In this document: positions 52,659-64,000 of the stretch, one piece after another
Layout of the letters: the number at the start of each line of letters is the position of its first letter
Position numbering within the stretch: position 1 is the stretch's first letter
Origin: Mustelus asterias
Lineage: Eukaryota
Reading direction: 5' to 3'
Length of the DNA: 64,000 nucleotides
Assembly (NCBI RefSeq): GCF_964213995.1
Contig: NC_135802.1
Span: forward strand, 47,430,001-47,494,000
Notes under the pieces: model-generated
Databases searched by the model: none
What the model was told of the DNA's origin: nothing
Seen by the model: the letters and a program-made list of their open reading frames with translations, nothing else
Translations under genes and position numbers: made by a program

Positions 52659-54883
52659 TATTTGCTACCAAATAAACCTGTTGGACTTTAACCTGGTGTT
52701 GTGAGACTTCTTACTGTCCTATATTATGTCCATGACAACTTCAACCTTTGAAACACATTGGGCAGAGGGTTGAATAGAATAGATTATGTTAATATTTTCC
52801 AACTCCGCTTCACTGGAGTCTGGTCCTGTATCTCCTCCAGGGGAATCAATTAATGGGGAAGTGCAGCAGGACAAATGGCAAAAGTTCTATTGTAGGAAAA
52901 AGGAGGCACTTTTCTCCTTCCATACTCATAGACAATATCATCTCTTTCCAGATGCAAGTGTTTGAACTGTCAAATAGTGCTCAGAGGTTACTCAACAACT
53001 TTGTGCCATTTTATTGTTGGAGCAGCTTCATAGCAAGTGATGGAGCAATACGTGGCACTGGAACACCAGCTTGCTGAACCATGTGCACTTGGCTGTTTAA
53101 ATAACGACTGGATACGTCCCAGCGATGATACCTTTCATGGTTGAATAGCCTAGCAGAACAGTTTACACATTCACATAAACTTAACTACTCAGTGGATAGA
53201 CTGAACATTGGTCTTCAAACAGTGCTAAAAAAAGGGGAAGAACATTTGTAAAATTAAGTATCATCCACATTCAAGCAGATAAGCCAACATCACACAATGC
53301 ATCAGAGTGAAGTCCACTGCCATACTATGGTTGATTGATCAGTTTTATGTCTACACAATACTTAACGGTTCTTTAATGCATGGATACTACCCTTAGTCAA
53401 TATTAAAATATGTGGAAAGAGGGAGGGAGAGAGGTGCTGTGGAGAAAGAGAGAGGAGGATAAAGCAGCATGATGAACACCGCTGTGTTACTGTTTACAAG
53501 ACAGCTGATTTAGATATAAATGTCTTTCTGCAGATTATAGAAATCAGCATGCATGGGTTTTAGAATGGCTTGCTTCTCATTTGTATTTAAGGCATGGTTC
53601 CACCATTTTAAAATTTGAATATTTTAAAATTGCTTCAATTCTCTACGCAGGGAGGGTGCATAGTTGGTTGGCTACTCTCAGAGGAGTTGGATATTATCTC
53701 AAACTGGGCAAGGTCACTGAATTTTGGCTCCCACTGTCATTTTCAATAAATCTCTGAACAACCAAAGCTTGTCATCACCTCCAGATGTATGAACCACTCA
53801 CTATGCTCTGGCAGCTCAGGGATCACTGATATTCAAAATGGATGGAGATGTAAAACGGCTGCAATAAATGAAGAGCAAAACAGATGTGGAGGGAAAACAA
53901 TATTGGTCAAAACAAGAAGGAAACGACATGATAACTAAACACTTTGCAGATTGGTTCAGGAAATGATTAACAGATAGGCCAGGAAAAAAGTGCAAAATCC
54001 TGATAAATTTTATAGTGACGTGTGATCATCCAGGTAGCTCTCAGCAGTGTCATTTTTTTCTGAGCCTCACAGTTATTCATCATTCACATCAGAAAATGCA
54101 TCAGAAAATTCTCATCCATGATCATAAACTTTAACCTGCTTTGCTTCACAATCTTCAATTTTTACCTGATAATAATAAGCTCCTGAAGATTAATTTTGAT
54201 GGCGAAAGGTTGAGCATTAAGAATCTACTGCCTGTCTTGGTAAAATGTGTGATAGGTTCACTTCAAGCTCCAGAGAAATTGAGAGTTTTCCTTTCACTTC
54301 CCTGGCAGCCAGAGGCAGAATTAATCAACCATGATGAAGTGATCATATTTCAGATCTTTAAGTATAATCTGATTTCACCTCCCCGCATCAACATTAGTAA
54401 ATCAATGTACTGATTCAGTTTTTCTGGCCAGAAAGAAATCTTGTGCGGCTTTGTGAAAAAAAAACTACAGCATAAAAGGGTTAGCCATGCTACCTAACTG
54501 ATATTGCCTCAAGGAAGGCTACATAGTAGATTTCAATCCTGTTATCTGCTAACACCCATCTTGATACCTGCATTCATTCAGAGATACAGATTCAGGAAGG
54601 ATAGACTGGACAGCAGCTAGAATCCTAGCATTTGATGTACCAAATTGTAAGGATTAGAAGTTGCCCTGCCCCAATGTCTGGGTTTTTTTCATAAAGTTAT
54701 TTTTAATTAAACTACTAGTCTCAGGCAGGAAGATAAAATATTCTCATTGCTTTTAAATACACATAGCTAACAGAACAATATTCAGGTTCAACAATGCAAT
54801 TCAAACAAAATCTAATCAATAAACTAATAATGATGATCAAGTATAGGTGTTTTGGAAGGTAAAGAATTTGTTGACCCACTTAC

Positions 54884-54960
54884 CAGAAGAGGGTGGAGTG
54901 GATCGCCTGGAACTAGGTGCCACATCACCAAAACTGGAAGATGAATTTCCACCCGATTTA
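54884..54960 (-). CDS. CACNB2: CACNB2 exon 6
   Basis: (S)[25 protein letters not shown]; 77 bp. Confidence 0.95.
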
Positions 54961-57387
54961 CTAGAAGAAAGAGAGAGATAATAATCAAATCTAATAATAT
55001 TATATTGCAAGGAATTTGTTCAACGGCAAAGATAACCAACATTCATGCTTCCAATCATCAAATAAGCTTCTTGCCCATTTCTCAGCCCATCTGCTGGCCA
55101 GTCCAGATTTTTTGTACAATGTTCATCACCATTATCTTTACTGTCTTCGTTACACTTTAAATTACTACAAATTCATCTCCCCTCCAAATCAATTCTGAAT
55201 GATGTGAGCAGTAGGGGAGTTAAAGGGAAGGTTCACAAGAGATTCACAAGGGTGGTATTAGAACTGAGAGGTTGATGTCCAGTAGGAAAGATAGTGAACA
55301 GAGTGGGACTTCATTTGTCTCGAAAAAGACTAAGGGGAGCATTTTCCCAATTATCAACAAAGGCCGATAGCGGATTTAGAGAGGCACTGAAGCTGTCAGC
55401 ACTCACGGTGGCTTTCTTCATGATCGGGGAGCCATTTTTAAAGTCCATCCCAGTGCACAAAAGTTCATATATAAACCGCTCCCCCCGCCCCCCAATCCCA
55501 TGGCACTGTCCAAGCACTGCCCTTGATACTCTCCATGGGGCAGTCCCCGGGCATGCCCCTCTCCCCACTGAGTAACACACTCACCTCTGGGCGGTTTGCT
55601 CGCCAGGTGCACACCTTGGGAGATCAGTTGTGATTCCCACCGGTCTCCCACACCAGCGTGAATGGACTTTTTTTTTACAGGCTGGGAGGGTCATTCAGGC
55701 ATAGAAGCCATTAGGTCCTGTTCAGGGAGGGGGGACGGGGACAACTGCATCATGCTTTTGCGTCAGCGTGAAACACGATCTGGACATTCACGAGACTTTC
55801 CGCTCTTGTTGCCATTCCGCCCAACAAAAGCAGACATGGACAATCCACCCCCCAAGGGTGGAATTCTCCCATGCCACCTGCGACAGGTTTGGTGGCAGGG
55901 GGGAACAGAGAATCTACTGGGAGTCAAAGGTTGGAATTCTCCAATCTCCTTCGCCCCACCACCACTATCAACAAGAGCGGAGAACTGGGTGCACAGCCAA
56001 ATCTCCACTCACTGCAGCGAGACCGGAAAATCCCAGCCATGGGTGAGGCTGGAGTATTCTGGCCAAAAAGTCAGAAAGCTGCCGGTGTAAAATCCTGTTG
56101 CAATTCTCCCAATGGCAGGTTGGTCTTCCTGCTGGCTGGTGGCGTGAAGACCATTTATATTCAATTGCATCTGAAGAATGTTCATTAAAACGGCTCTTTT
56201 TTCTTGACCCCATGTTAAAAACTTGGAACTGTGTTTTGCCATTTCCCCAGGTTGTTGAACGAAGAGGATCAAACCAAGTAGCAAGAGTTCCAAAATGCAC
56301 CAATGGTCCAGAGTTTGCTGAATTGAGTGACACGTGCCTTTGCCAATGTGTAAATTGTGACCTTAAGCTTGCAGCAAGGAAGAGATACCCTGTCAAATGC
56401 AAATCACCACAAGTAATTGGTCGATTTGTGCCATTCTGCTGTTAACTTCAAAAAAATAGCATCTCACTTAACCTCACAATGAATTGCAAGAAGTTGCTGC
56501 AATGGCACATCAATTCACCATTAAGCTAGCGACAGAAAATTAGCCTAATTACTTGCAGTCTTTGAATCCTATTAACATAAGTGCCAATGACTGCCAATCA
56601 AATTCTTGCCCAGAAGTGAACAAGAGTGGAACTGTATTTCTTCAGGTTGCATGTTATTTCCAAGTTTTTAACACGGGGCCAAAGAAAATGACCATGGAAA
56701 CATTAAAAGAATTGTAATCAACTGTGTGTGGTATTATTGTGAATGATTTAATTGATGTTTGCTTATCACAAGATAATTATGGATGAGGAAGTCCATTCAG
56801 CCCATCTTAGTTCATCCATCAAATTGACACTGGAGCATCTAGTTAGTTCATGTACTTCACCAGGACAATTGTTTCCACTGCTCGGTTGAGAACTGAAATC
56901 TATGTATAGATTATTCTCATGAAGATCTTCCTGATATCAGTCCAAATTTCATATTTGCTGGTTCTAACCTGGCTCTTGTGATTTCAATTCAAGAATTTTT
57001 TCAAATTTAGCTGTTCTATATATTTTTTTAAAAGGCCTATTTTTCCCCACTTTTGCTCCTTAATCTTCCTTTCACTTCTCTTTCTGTGTCTGACATTGAA
57101 TTCACCCACTATTATTCACCATTCTTTTCAGCCCTCGCGCTGTTTATTTCTCAGGTCCTCATTTCTGTAACCTTTCTCTAAGCACCACAATCCTCTCAGA
57201 TCTTGACACTCCTCTGAATCTGGCCGCTTGCACCTTAAGTCATTCCACCACTATGACAGGTGGCTAAAACCTTGGTCAAAGGGCAGGTTTTCTCGAAGAA
57301 CCTGAAAAGGTGGAGAGAGAGGTAGAGAGGCGAGAGAGATGAAATTGCAGAGTTTGGGACCTTGCCAGGTGAAGGCAAATCTGTCAA

Positions 57388-57850
57388 TTTTGATTTGATT
57401 TATTGTTGTCACGTGTATTGGGATACAGTGAAAAATATTGTTTCTTGCGTGCCATACAGACAAAATATATCGTTCATAGAGTACATAGGGGAGAAGGAAA
57501 GGAGAGGGTACAGAATATAGTGTTGCAGTTACAGGTCGGGTGAAGAGAAAGATCAGCTTAATATATGATAGGATCATTCAAAAGTCTAGGAAGTTCAGCA
57601 GGGAAGAAACTGTTCTTGTGTCTGTTGGTACTTGCTTTTAGACTTTGATATCTTTTTCTTGACGGAAGAAGGTGGAAGAAGTATGTCTGGGGTGTGTGGG
57701 GTCCTTGATTATGCTGGCTGCTTTCCCATGGCAGTGGGAAGTATAGACGGAGTCAATGGATGGGAAGCTGGTTTGCGACATGGATTGGGCTACGTTCACA
57801 ATCCTGTGTAGTTTCATGCAGTCTTGGTCAGAGCAGGAGCCATACCAATA
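57388..57850 (-). mobile_element. Rex/Babar LINE 3' fragment
   Basis: Homologous to 2710-3503 without the nested SINE. Confidence 0.85.
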
Positions 57851-58102
57851 GTAGAGCGATGAAAATCAAGTGATGGACAAAATACATGCTAATTGCAAGC
57901 TGCAGTTACTATATAAAGATTGACTTCAGATCTCCTAACAGAAGGTTCAGATGTAAAAGAAAGCTTTAGCTTGTTGATAAAAGTTGAATGGCCAAAATGC
58001 TGCCACTGCAAACAGTTTGTAGTCCAACCAGTGCTCCCTTAAATGGTACAGATTATGCTGTAGTGAATTATTCTAGCCCTTGACATAAAATGATTGTTCT
58101 TT

Positions 58103-58303
58103 AAGAACATAAGAACATAAGAAATAGGAGCAGGAGTAGGCCATCTAGCCCCTCGAGCCTGCCCCGCCATTCAATAAGATCATGGCTGATCTGACGTGGA
58201 TCAGTACCACTTACCCGCCTGATCCCCATAACCCTTAATTCCCTTACCGATCAGGAATCCATCCATCCGCGCTTTAAACATATTCAGCGAGGTAGCCTCC
58301 ACC
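58103..58303 (-). mobile_element. CR1 3' end with (ttcttatg)n tail
   Basis: taagaacataagaacataagaaataggagcagg...; same subfamily as the piece at 2569-2652. Confidence 0.85.
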
Positions 58304-58938
58304 AAATATTTTATTTACATTTCAATCTGTGCATTCTCCTATAACTGTTGCCAGTAGTCTTGGTAATACTAGGGCAAACACATTAGTATTTTCCTTTTAT
58401 TGCAATCACCCCAAGGTGTAAAGCCTTCATTTTTAAATTTTCAACATTACTGATTTCCCTAAACATTTTACATTCAGAATAAAACTAGAGTCAACAATTG
58501 CACCAGTTGAAGTATCCCAAATTCCCTAGATGTTTGGGCCCAAACAATGTTCAGTGTTGAGCACAGTTAATCAAATCAGAAATGGATCCCAATTTCAGGT
58601 CTGGCCTTAGTTTTCTGGTCTGGGTACAGGTCATGAAGCAGTACTATCCGTTTTATCACATGGGGGAATTTTTCCATCCCACCCGGAATCGTAGTGGGCG
58701 GTGGGGGCGGACCATGCAAAGGTCTGTTGACCTCGGGCTGGATTTTCCAGTTTTGGGGCAAGCATGGCCGGAAAATCCCGCCATAACACTTCTATTATGT
58801 TATTTATCAGACTCGACGGCTGTGTCATTGGGAGAATTTGAGCAGGAGGAATTTCAGGGAAATTGAAACATATTGGAATTGTCACATGCTGATCCCAAGC
58901 ATTTTCCACATCAGGAAGTTTTCATTCCTCAAGCTTAC

Positions 58939-59075
58939 CTGGAGTGATATTTTCCTTGCTTCACCTTTTGATCGTTCTGGAACCTCATGTTTTCTAATTT
59001 AACTGGGCTTGGGATGAATCCTATTTCACAGCCTTCCTTGACCAGCCGTCCTATCCACCAATCATTGCTAAATTT
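58939..59075 (-). CDS. CACNB2: CACNB2 exon 5 (SH3)
   Basis: [45 protein letters not shown]; 137 bp. Confidence 0.96.
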
Positions 59076-59170
59076 CTAAACATGGGAGCAAACAAGGAAA
59101 GAAAACAGAAGCATAAATATACGCACATGTTCAATCAAAATTGCTGTGTTAAATGCTGAATCAAACCTAC

Positions 59171-59293
59171 TTCTTTGACATGTAGAAAATCCTTTGCTTC
59201 AAATGAGATAGCCATGCCTGGGACAGGGACTTCATTATCCAGTGCTGCACTGTAGCCGACATTTGTCCGTACAGCAAATGCAACAGGTTTAGT
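59171..59293 (-). CDS. CACNB2: CACNB2 exon 4 (SH3)
   Basis: [41 protein letters not shown]; 123 bp. Upstream exons lie beyond the window. Confidence 0.96.
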
Positions 59294-60429
59294 CTGCCAG
59301 GACAAAAAATAGAACATATTTTTAAGTTACATATTTCAGATTTGCTGAAGCCATGGACGACTCTGTGACTGTTCAGTGCTCTGCCGATGCCTTCCTGTTG
59401 GTACATTGGGCATTATGTTCACCAGACCTTAACTCTGCATTCAGATACGCGTTAGCATGATGCAGGAGCACTTATAAACTGATTCAATTAACACAGAAAA
59501 ATTTCAATCGTGTTCCATTTCATGCAGGCTAGATTTGATTTGCACAATAGAAGCCAAATCTTTCAAAAACACAAAAATATTCAGAATTTACTTTTGATTT
59601 TTGGAATTAAAATTCAGCAATTTTCCAATGTTAAAAATAAAGGCAGTGCTTTGTTTTTTTAAAAATGGATAATTCCTTTTCTTTCCTGCTTTCCAGCATC
59701 CACACTCTCAGCTTCACATCGTTCTCAACAGCTTTGTGTCTTTCTATATCAGAAACTTGCTTAAAGGGCAAGAGAGAGCTGTATGTATTCCCTCCCTCCT
59801 AAGGTCAAAGATGGATTGTGGCACAACACAAAATCTTTCAACAAGAGCCCTTTTTCTGACAGGATTCATGCCGCTAAAGTGCATTCCATTTCAAGAAGCA
59901 CTGGTAAGACACTCTTGCCAATCTTGTGTTTCCAGCAAAGAGCCTTGTGGGACCCAAGTACAGTTGGAGCTGGAGACAATCCATTGTTGGGTGAATCTGC
60001 AACCGGGCATATTAAGTGACCTTCGGCGACAGCAAGGACGCTGAATAAACCCTCACATTCCATGGGTAAATTCAACTGTTCCCAAACACATGGATTGTTT
60101 GACATAATTTCCTTTATCTTCTGAGGGTTCTGCCTCCCCCAAAATGAAAATCCGTCTCAACAATTTCAACGTTAAAGGGCGTGATCTTACCTGCTGTTCG
60201 CGGCACACTCCCGCTGCAGCATGGTCGGAGAATTTGGCGCCCAGCCAAATCTCCACTCACTGCAGCGGGATGGGAAAATCCCACCAGCATGAACAGTGAA
60301 CATTCCAACCAAATACTTTGAATATAAAACTAATCAAATATCAGGCCAGTTTAACATCGTTATTTGGAAGTTACTATCATTCAGTTGGTTTAAACCTGCA
60401 ACTTGGCTTGGTGGGTAACCTAAAAGAAA

Positions 60430-61725
60430 CATAGAGTCATAGAGGTTTACAACATGGAAACAGGCCCTTCTGCCCAACTTGTCCATGCTGCCCTTTTTTT
60501 AAAACCACTAAATTAGTCCCAATTGCCCACATTGGGCCCATATCCCTCTCTCCATCTTACCCATGTAACTGTCCAAATGCTTTTTAAAAGAAAAAATTGT
60601 ACCCGCCTCTACTACTGCCTCTGGCAGCTTGTTCCAGACACTCACTCACCATTTTAATTCTAATTTTAAGTAAACTGTTTAAGTGACTTGCAAGCTGTCA
60701 CGCTTCATGACCAATCTAATTCCCTGATGCCTCGCCCACACTGACGGTGGGAAGTATTTCCCACACATTCGATAAGTTTTGTGAGAGTGGCAGAGTACAA
60801 CAGCAAATGAAGCCACATTAAACAACATTTCAACCACAGTTAGAGTCCTTACTGCATTGCACCCCATTGTGGTAAGTGCAATAAAGTGGGGAGAGCAAGT
60901 CACGGGTGAGAGTAGAAATGAGCTACTCGATCATTTCTGCTGGATTAGAAAAAAAGGTCAAAGACTCAGAAGTTTGTATGTTTTTAAAAAAAACGGTTTT
61001 GATAGAATAGATAAGGCGAGCTTTTCTTTGGCTGCGAGTCAATTTAAAATGGTCACTCAGGGAGGGAGAAAAAGAGGTCAGCAGAAATGTATTTACACAG
61101 AGTTGTTGGAATATTTGTCACTGACAACAGCTGAGGGAAAAGAAAACATTGCATTTTAAAAGTGGGATAAATATTAAAAGCTGAATGATGGAGGATAGCA
61201 GGCAATGGGATTAGTTCATGCAAAGAGCCATCACAAAGACAAGAGGCTGAATGGCTTCCTTCTGCGCAGTGAATTGATGTACTTTTAATGTTTCGGGATT
61301 ACTGTGCTTTGATAGAATTGGAGTTCCCTGGAGCGTAGGAGGTTTAGGGGTGATCTTATAGAGGGCTATAAAATAATGAGGGGCATAGATAAGGTAGATA
61401 GTCAATATCTTTTCCCAAAGATAGGGGAATCTAAAACTAGAGGGCATACGTTTAAGGTGAGAGGAGAGAGATACAAAAGTGTCCAGAGGGACAAGTTTGT
61501 CACCTAGAAGGTGGTGATTGTCTGCAACGAGCTGCCAGAGGTAGTGGTAGATGTGGCTACAATTTCGTCTTTTAAAAAGCATTTAGACAGTTACATGGGT
61601 AAGATGGGTATAGAGAAAATGGGCCCAATGTGAGCAATTGGAATTAGCTTAAAATGTAAAAACTGGGCGGCATGGACAAGTTGGGCCGAAGGGCCTGTTT
61701 CCATGCTGTAAACCACTATGACTCT
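60430..61725. mobile_element. Two CR1 3' fragments of one subfamily in inverted orientation (60430-60650 on -, 61325-61725 on +)
   Basis: Shared catggaaacaggcccttc / ccaacttgtccatg 3' UTR and tatgactcta tail. Confidence 0.8.
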
Positions 61726-62269
61726 ACCAGTTTGGAGTTCAAGCTTAAACTTCGTGATTCAAGTGAAGCCTATCTAGAATAGGGACCAGCACAACATGGA
61801 TATAGTATTGCACACAAAATGCTCGGTCTCAGTAGTGGCAGCACAGCTGAATCTGAATAAACACAACCAGTTTGCCAAAAAAATGCCATTCATGCATTGC
61901 AATTTCTGAGAACAGAGCATAAAATCAGTAAGTCTTGACGCAATAGACTATTTAATAATTCATTCAAACCATTTAACCGAAGCAAGAAACAACAACAAGC
62001 AATAAATATAAATATAGTTTACTCAAGGGTGAATTGTGCTTTCACAATGTGGTTTTTGACATAATGCTGTCTGAAAACCATTAATTGAGTTGTTATACTA
62101 GGATCAGTAATTACACTTGACAGGATGGAAAATGGATTTTAGTGGAATTTTATTTAGGAATCAAGTAGGTGTAGAGATGGGAGGTGGGATTTTCCAATGT
62201 CGCTCGCCTCGAGACTGGAAAATCCTGATTGAGTTCAGTTCTTAGACAAGTTGCGAGTTCTGAATTTAT

Positions 62270-62623
62270 TTATGTTTTATTAGGGATGGCTGGCTGGGCC
62301 GGCATTTATTGCCCATGCCTCACTGCCCTCCATTTCTGACAGTTGAGAGTCAACCACATAGCTGTGGGTTTGGAGTCACATGTAGGCCAGACCAGGTAAG
62401 GACAGCAGATTTTCTTCCCTGAAGGTTGTTAATGAACCAGATGGGTTTTCGTGACAATCGTTTGGTTTGTTTCATGGTTATCATTAGACTTTTAATTCCA
62501 GAGTTTTTATTGAATTCCAATTTCGCCATCTACCATGGTGGGATTTGAACCCAGGTCTCCTGATCTTTTCCTGGGTTTCTGGATTAATAGTCCAGTGACA
62601 ATACTACTATGCCACTACCTCCC
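62270..62623 (-). mobile_element. SacSINE1/DeuSINE-type SINE
   Basis: Homologous to 48847-49178. Confidence 0.85.
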
Positions 62624-62858
62624 TGTGCTTTATACTGGTAATGTTTAGAATTCTCATCAGGCACCTTTTGATACTTGGCTGTCATGAATTCCTGGGAAGT
62701 GTCATCTTTTTAACAGAGGTTCCAAGAATAACATGCTTCCGTGTCGAGTGACCAGAACCATGTAGGATTTAATAAGCAGGCCTGGCATCTCAGTTAATCC
62801 TATTGATAGCTCATTGATTGCCATGACTGTTCAAGAATGTTTGTCCTATTCTACCAGC

Positions 62859-63587
62859 CAAAGAACAAAGAACAAAGAACAAAGAACAATACAGCACAGG
62901 AACAGGCCCTTCGGCCCTCCAAGCCCGCGCCGCTCCCCGGTCCAGGATTGAATCCTGAATCCAGGATCCCCGCCCAATTTTTTCAGCCTATCTACATACC
63001 AATATCCTATCCACCGAGCTGTCCCTCACAGCTACGATGCTTTGTTCATTACAACCTATTAACTCACCCCCACCCCCTATTCCAGACCATGTGATCCCCA
63101 GGGAGAGGCGAAAACCTAGAGTGAAAAACCCCAGGGCCAATATGGGGAAAAAAAAAATCTGGGAAATTCCTCTCCGACCCCCTGAGGCGATCGAAACGAG
63201 TCCAGGAGATCACAATGGCCCTGATCGGAAAATGCTTCCCAACCCTAGTCATTTCCACTTCCATGAACACCATATGAATTCCCTGCCCCCGAGACAGGTT
63301 CCCAACTATCCGCAGTCTCGCTCTGTACTGGCACCAGCAAGATGATCATAGAATGAAGCCTTGAAACGAGAAACAAGGAACAATTAGCCCGCGCCGCTCC
63401 CTGGTCCAAACTAGACCACTCTTTTGTATCCCTCCATTCCCACTCCGGTCATATAGCTGTCTAGATAAGTCTTAAACGTTCCCAGTGTGTCCGCCTCCAC
63501 CACCTTGCCCGGCAACACATTCCAGGCCCCCACGACCCTCTGTGTGAAATATGTCCTTCTGATATCTGTGTTAAACCTCCCCCCCTT
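62859..63587 (-). mobile_element. CR1 3' end with the same ~443-nt passenger
   Basis: CR1 ORF2 end (YFTQRVVGAWNVLP..FKTYLD), direct repeats at 62922-62944 and 63386-63408, (ttctttg)n tail. Confidence 0.9.
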
Positions 63588-64000
63588 CAAAGAACAAAGA
63601 ACAAAGAACAGTACAGCACAGGAAACAGGCCTTCGGCCCTCCAAGCCTGTGCCGCTCCTTGGTCCAACTAGACCAATCGTTTGTATCCCTCCATTCCCAG
63701 GCTGCTCATGTGACTATCCAGGTAAGTCTTAAACGATGTCAGCGTGCCTGCCTCCACCACCCTACTTGGCAGCGCATTCCAGGCCCCCACCACCCTCTGT
63801 GTAAAAAACGTCCCTCTGATGTCTGAGTTATACTTCGCCCCTCTCAGCTTGAGCCCGTGACCCCTCGTGATCGTCACCTCCGACCTGGGAAAAAGCTTCC
63901 CACTGTTCACCCTATCTATACCCTTCATAATCTTGTATACCTCTATTAGATCTCCCCTCATTCTCCGTCTTTCCAAGGAGAACAACCCCAGTCTACCCAA
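63588..64000 (-). mobile_element. CR1 3' region, continuing beyond the window
   Basis: LGLFSLERRRMRGDLIEVYKIMKG...FFTQRVVGAWNALP; tail starts at 63588. Confidence 0.92.

Larger units (their letters stand above)
51056..52717. mobile_element. Penelope-like element (Neptune-type) fragment with 424-bp inverted arms and GIY-YIG endonuclease
   Basis: Arms 51089-51512 and 52294-52717; tail 51056-51088; TSD tcctatattatg at 51044-51055 and 52717-52728; HE1 SINE nested at ~51550-51888. Confidence 0.93.

Noticed and set aside
55325-56110. GC-rich ORF clusters here and at 3645-4315, 10757-11190, 24255-24885, 41490-41695 and 42760-42935
   Set aside because: They are decayed Harbinger-type MITEs with gg..gattttcc-like ends; the ORFs are spurious.

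Overview
This is vertebrate genomic DNA, almost certainly from a shark, judged from HE1-type V-SINEs, SacSINE1-type DeuSINEs and abundant CR1 LINEs. Two genes converge tail-to-tail, as in mammals. The last coding exon of NSUN6 lies on + (969-1190). Exons 4-14 of the voltage-gated calcium channel beta-2 subunit gene CACNB2 lie on - (59293 down to 17092), including the mutually exclusive HOOK exons 7A and 7B; all mapped introns have GT-AG ends. The rest is a mosaic of CR1 and Rex/Babar LINEs, SINEs, Harbinger-type MITEs and Penelope-like elements (PLEs). Main observations: (1) a PLE family inserted as fold-back palindromes carrying minimal hammerhead ribozymes with covarying stem I, a ~33-nt tail and ~12-bp TSDs, ranging from 1.7 kb down to a 13-nt tail-only insertion; (2) read-through of the CACNB2 exon 13 donor encodes a peptide resembling the CACNB1 beta1a C-terminus; (3) a CR1 subfamily with a ~443-nt passenger in its 3' UTR, present as two inverted copies bracketing CACNB2 exons 4-7; (4) a frame-preserving 30-nt micro-inversion in a CR1 RT. 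Family and gene names come from recognition of the sequence, not from database searches.
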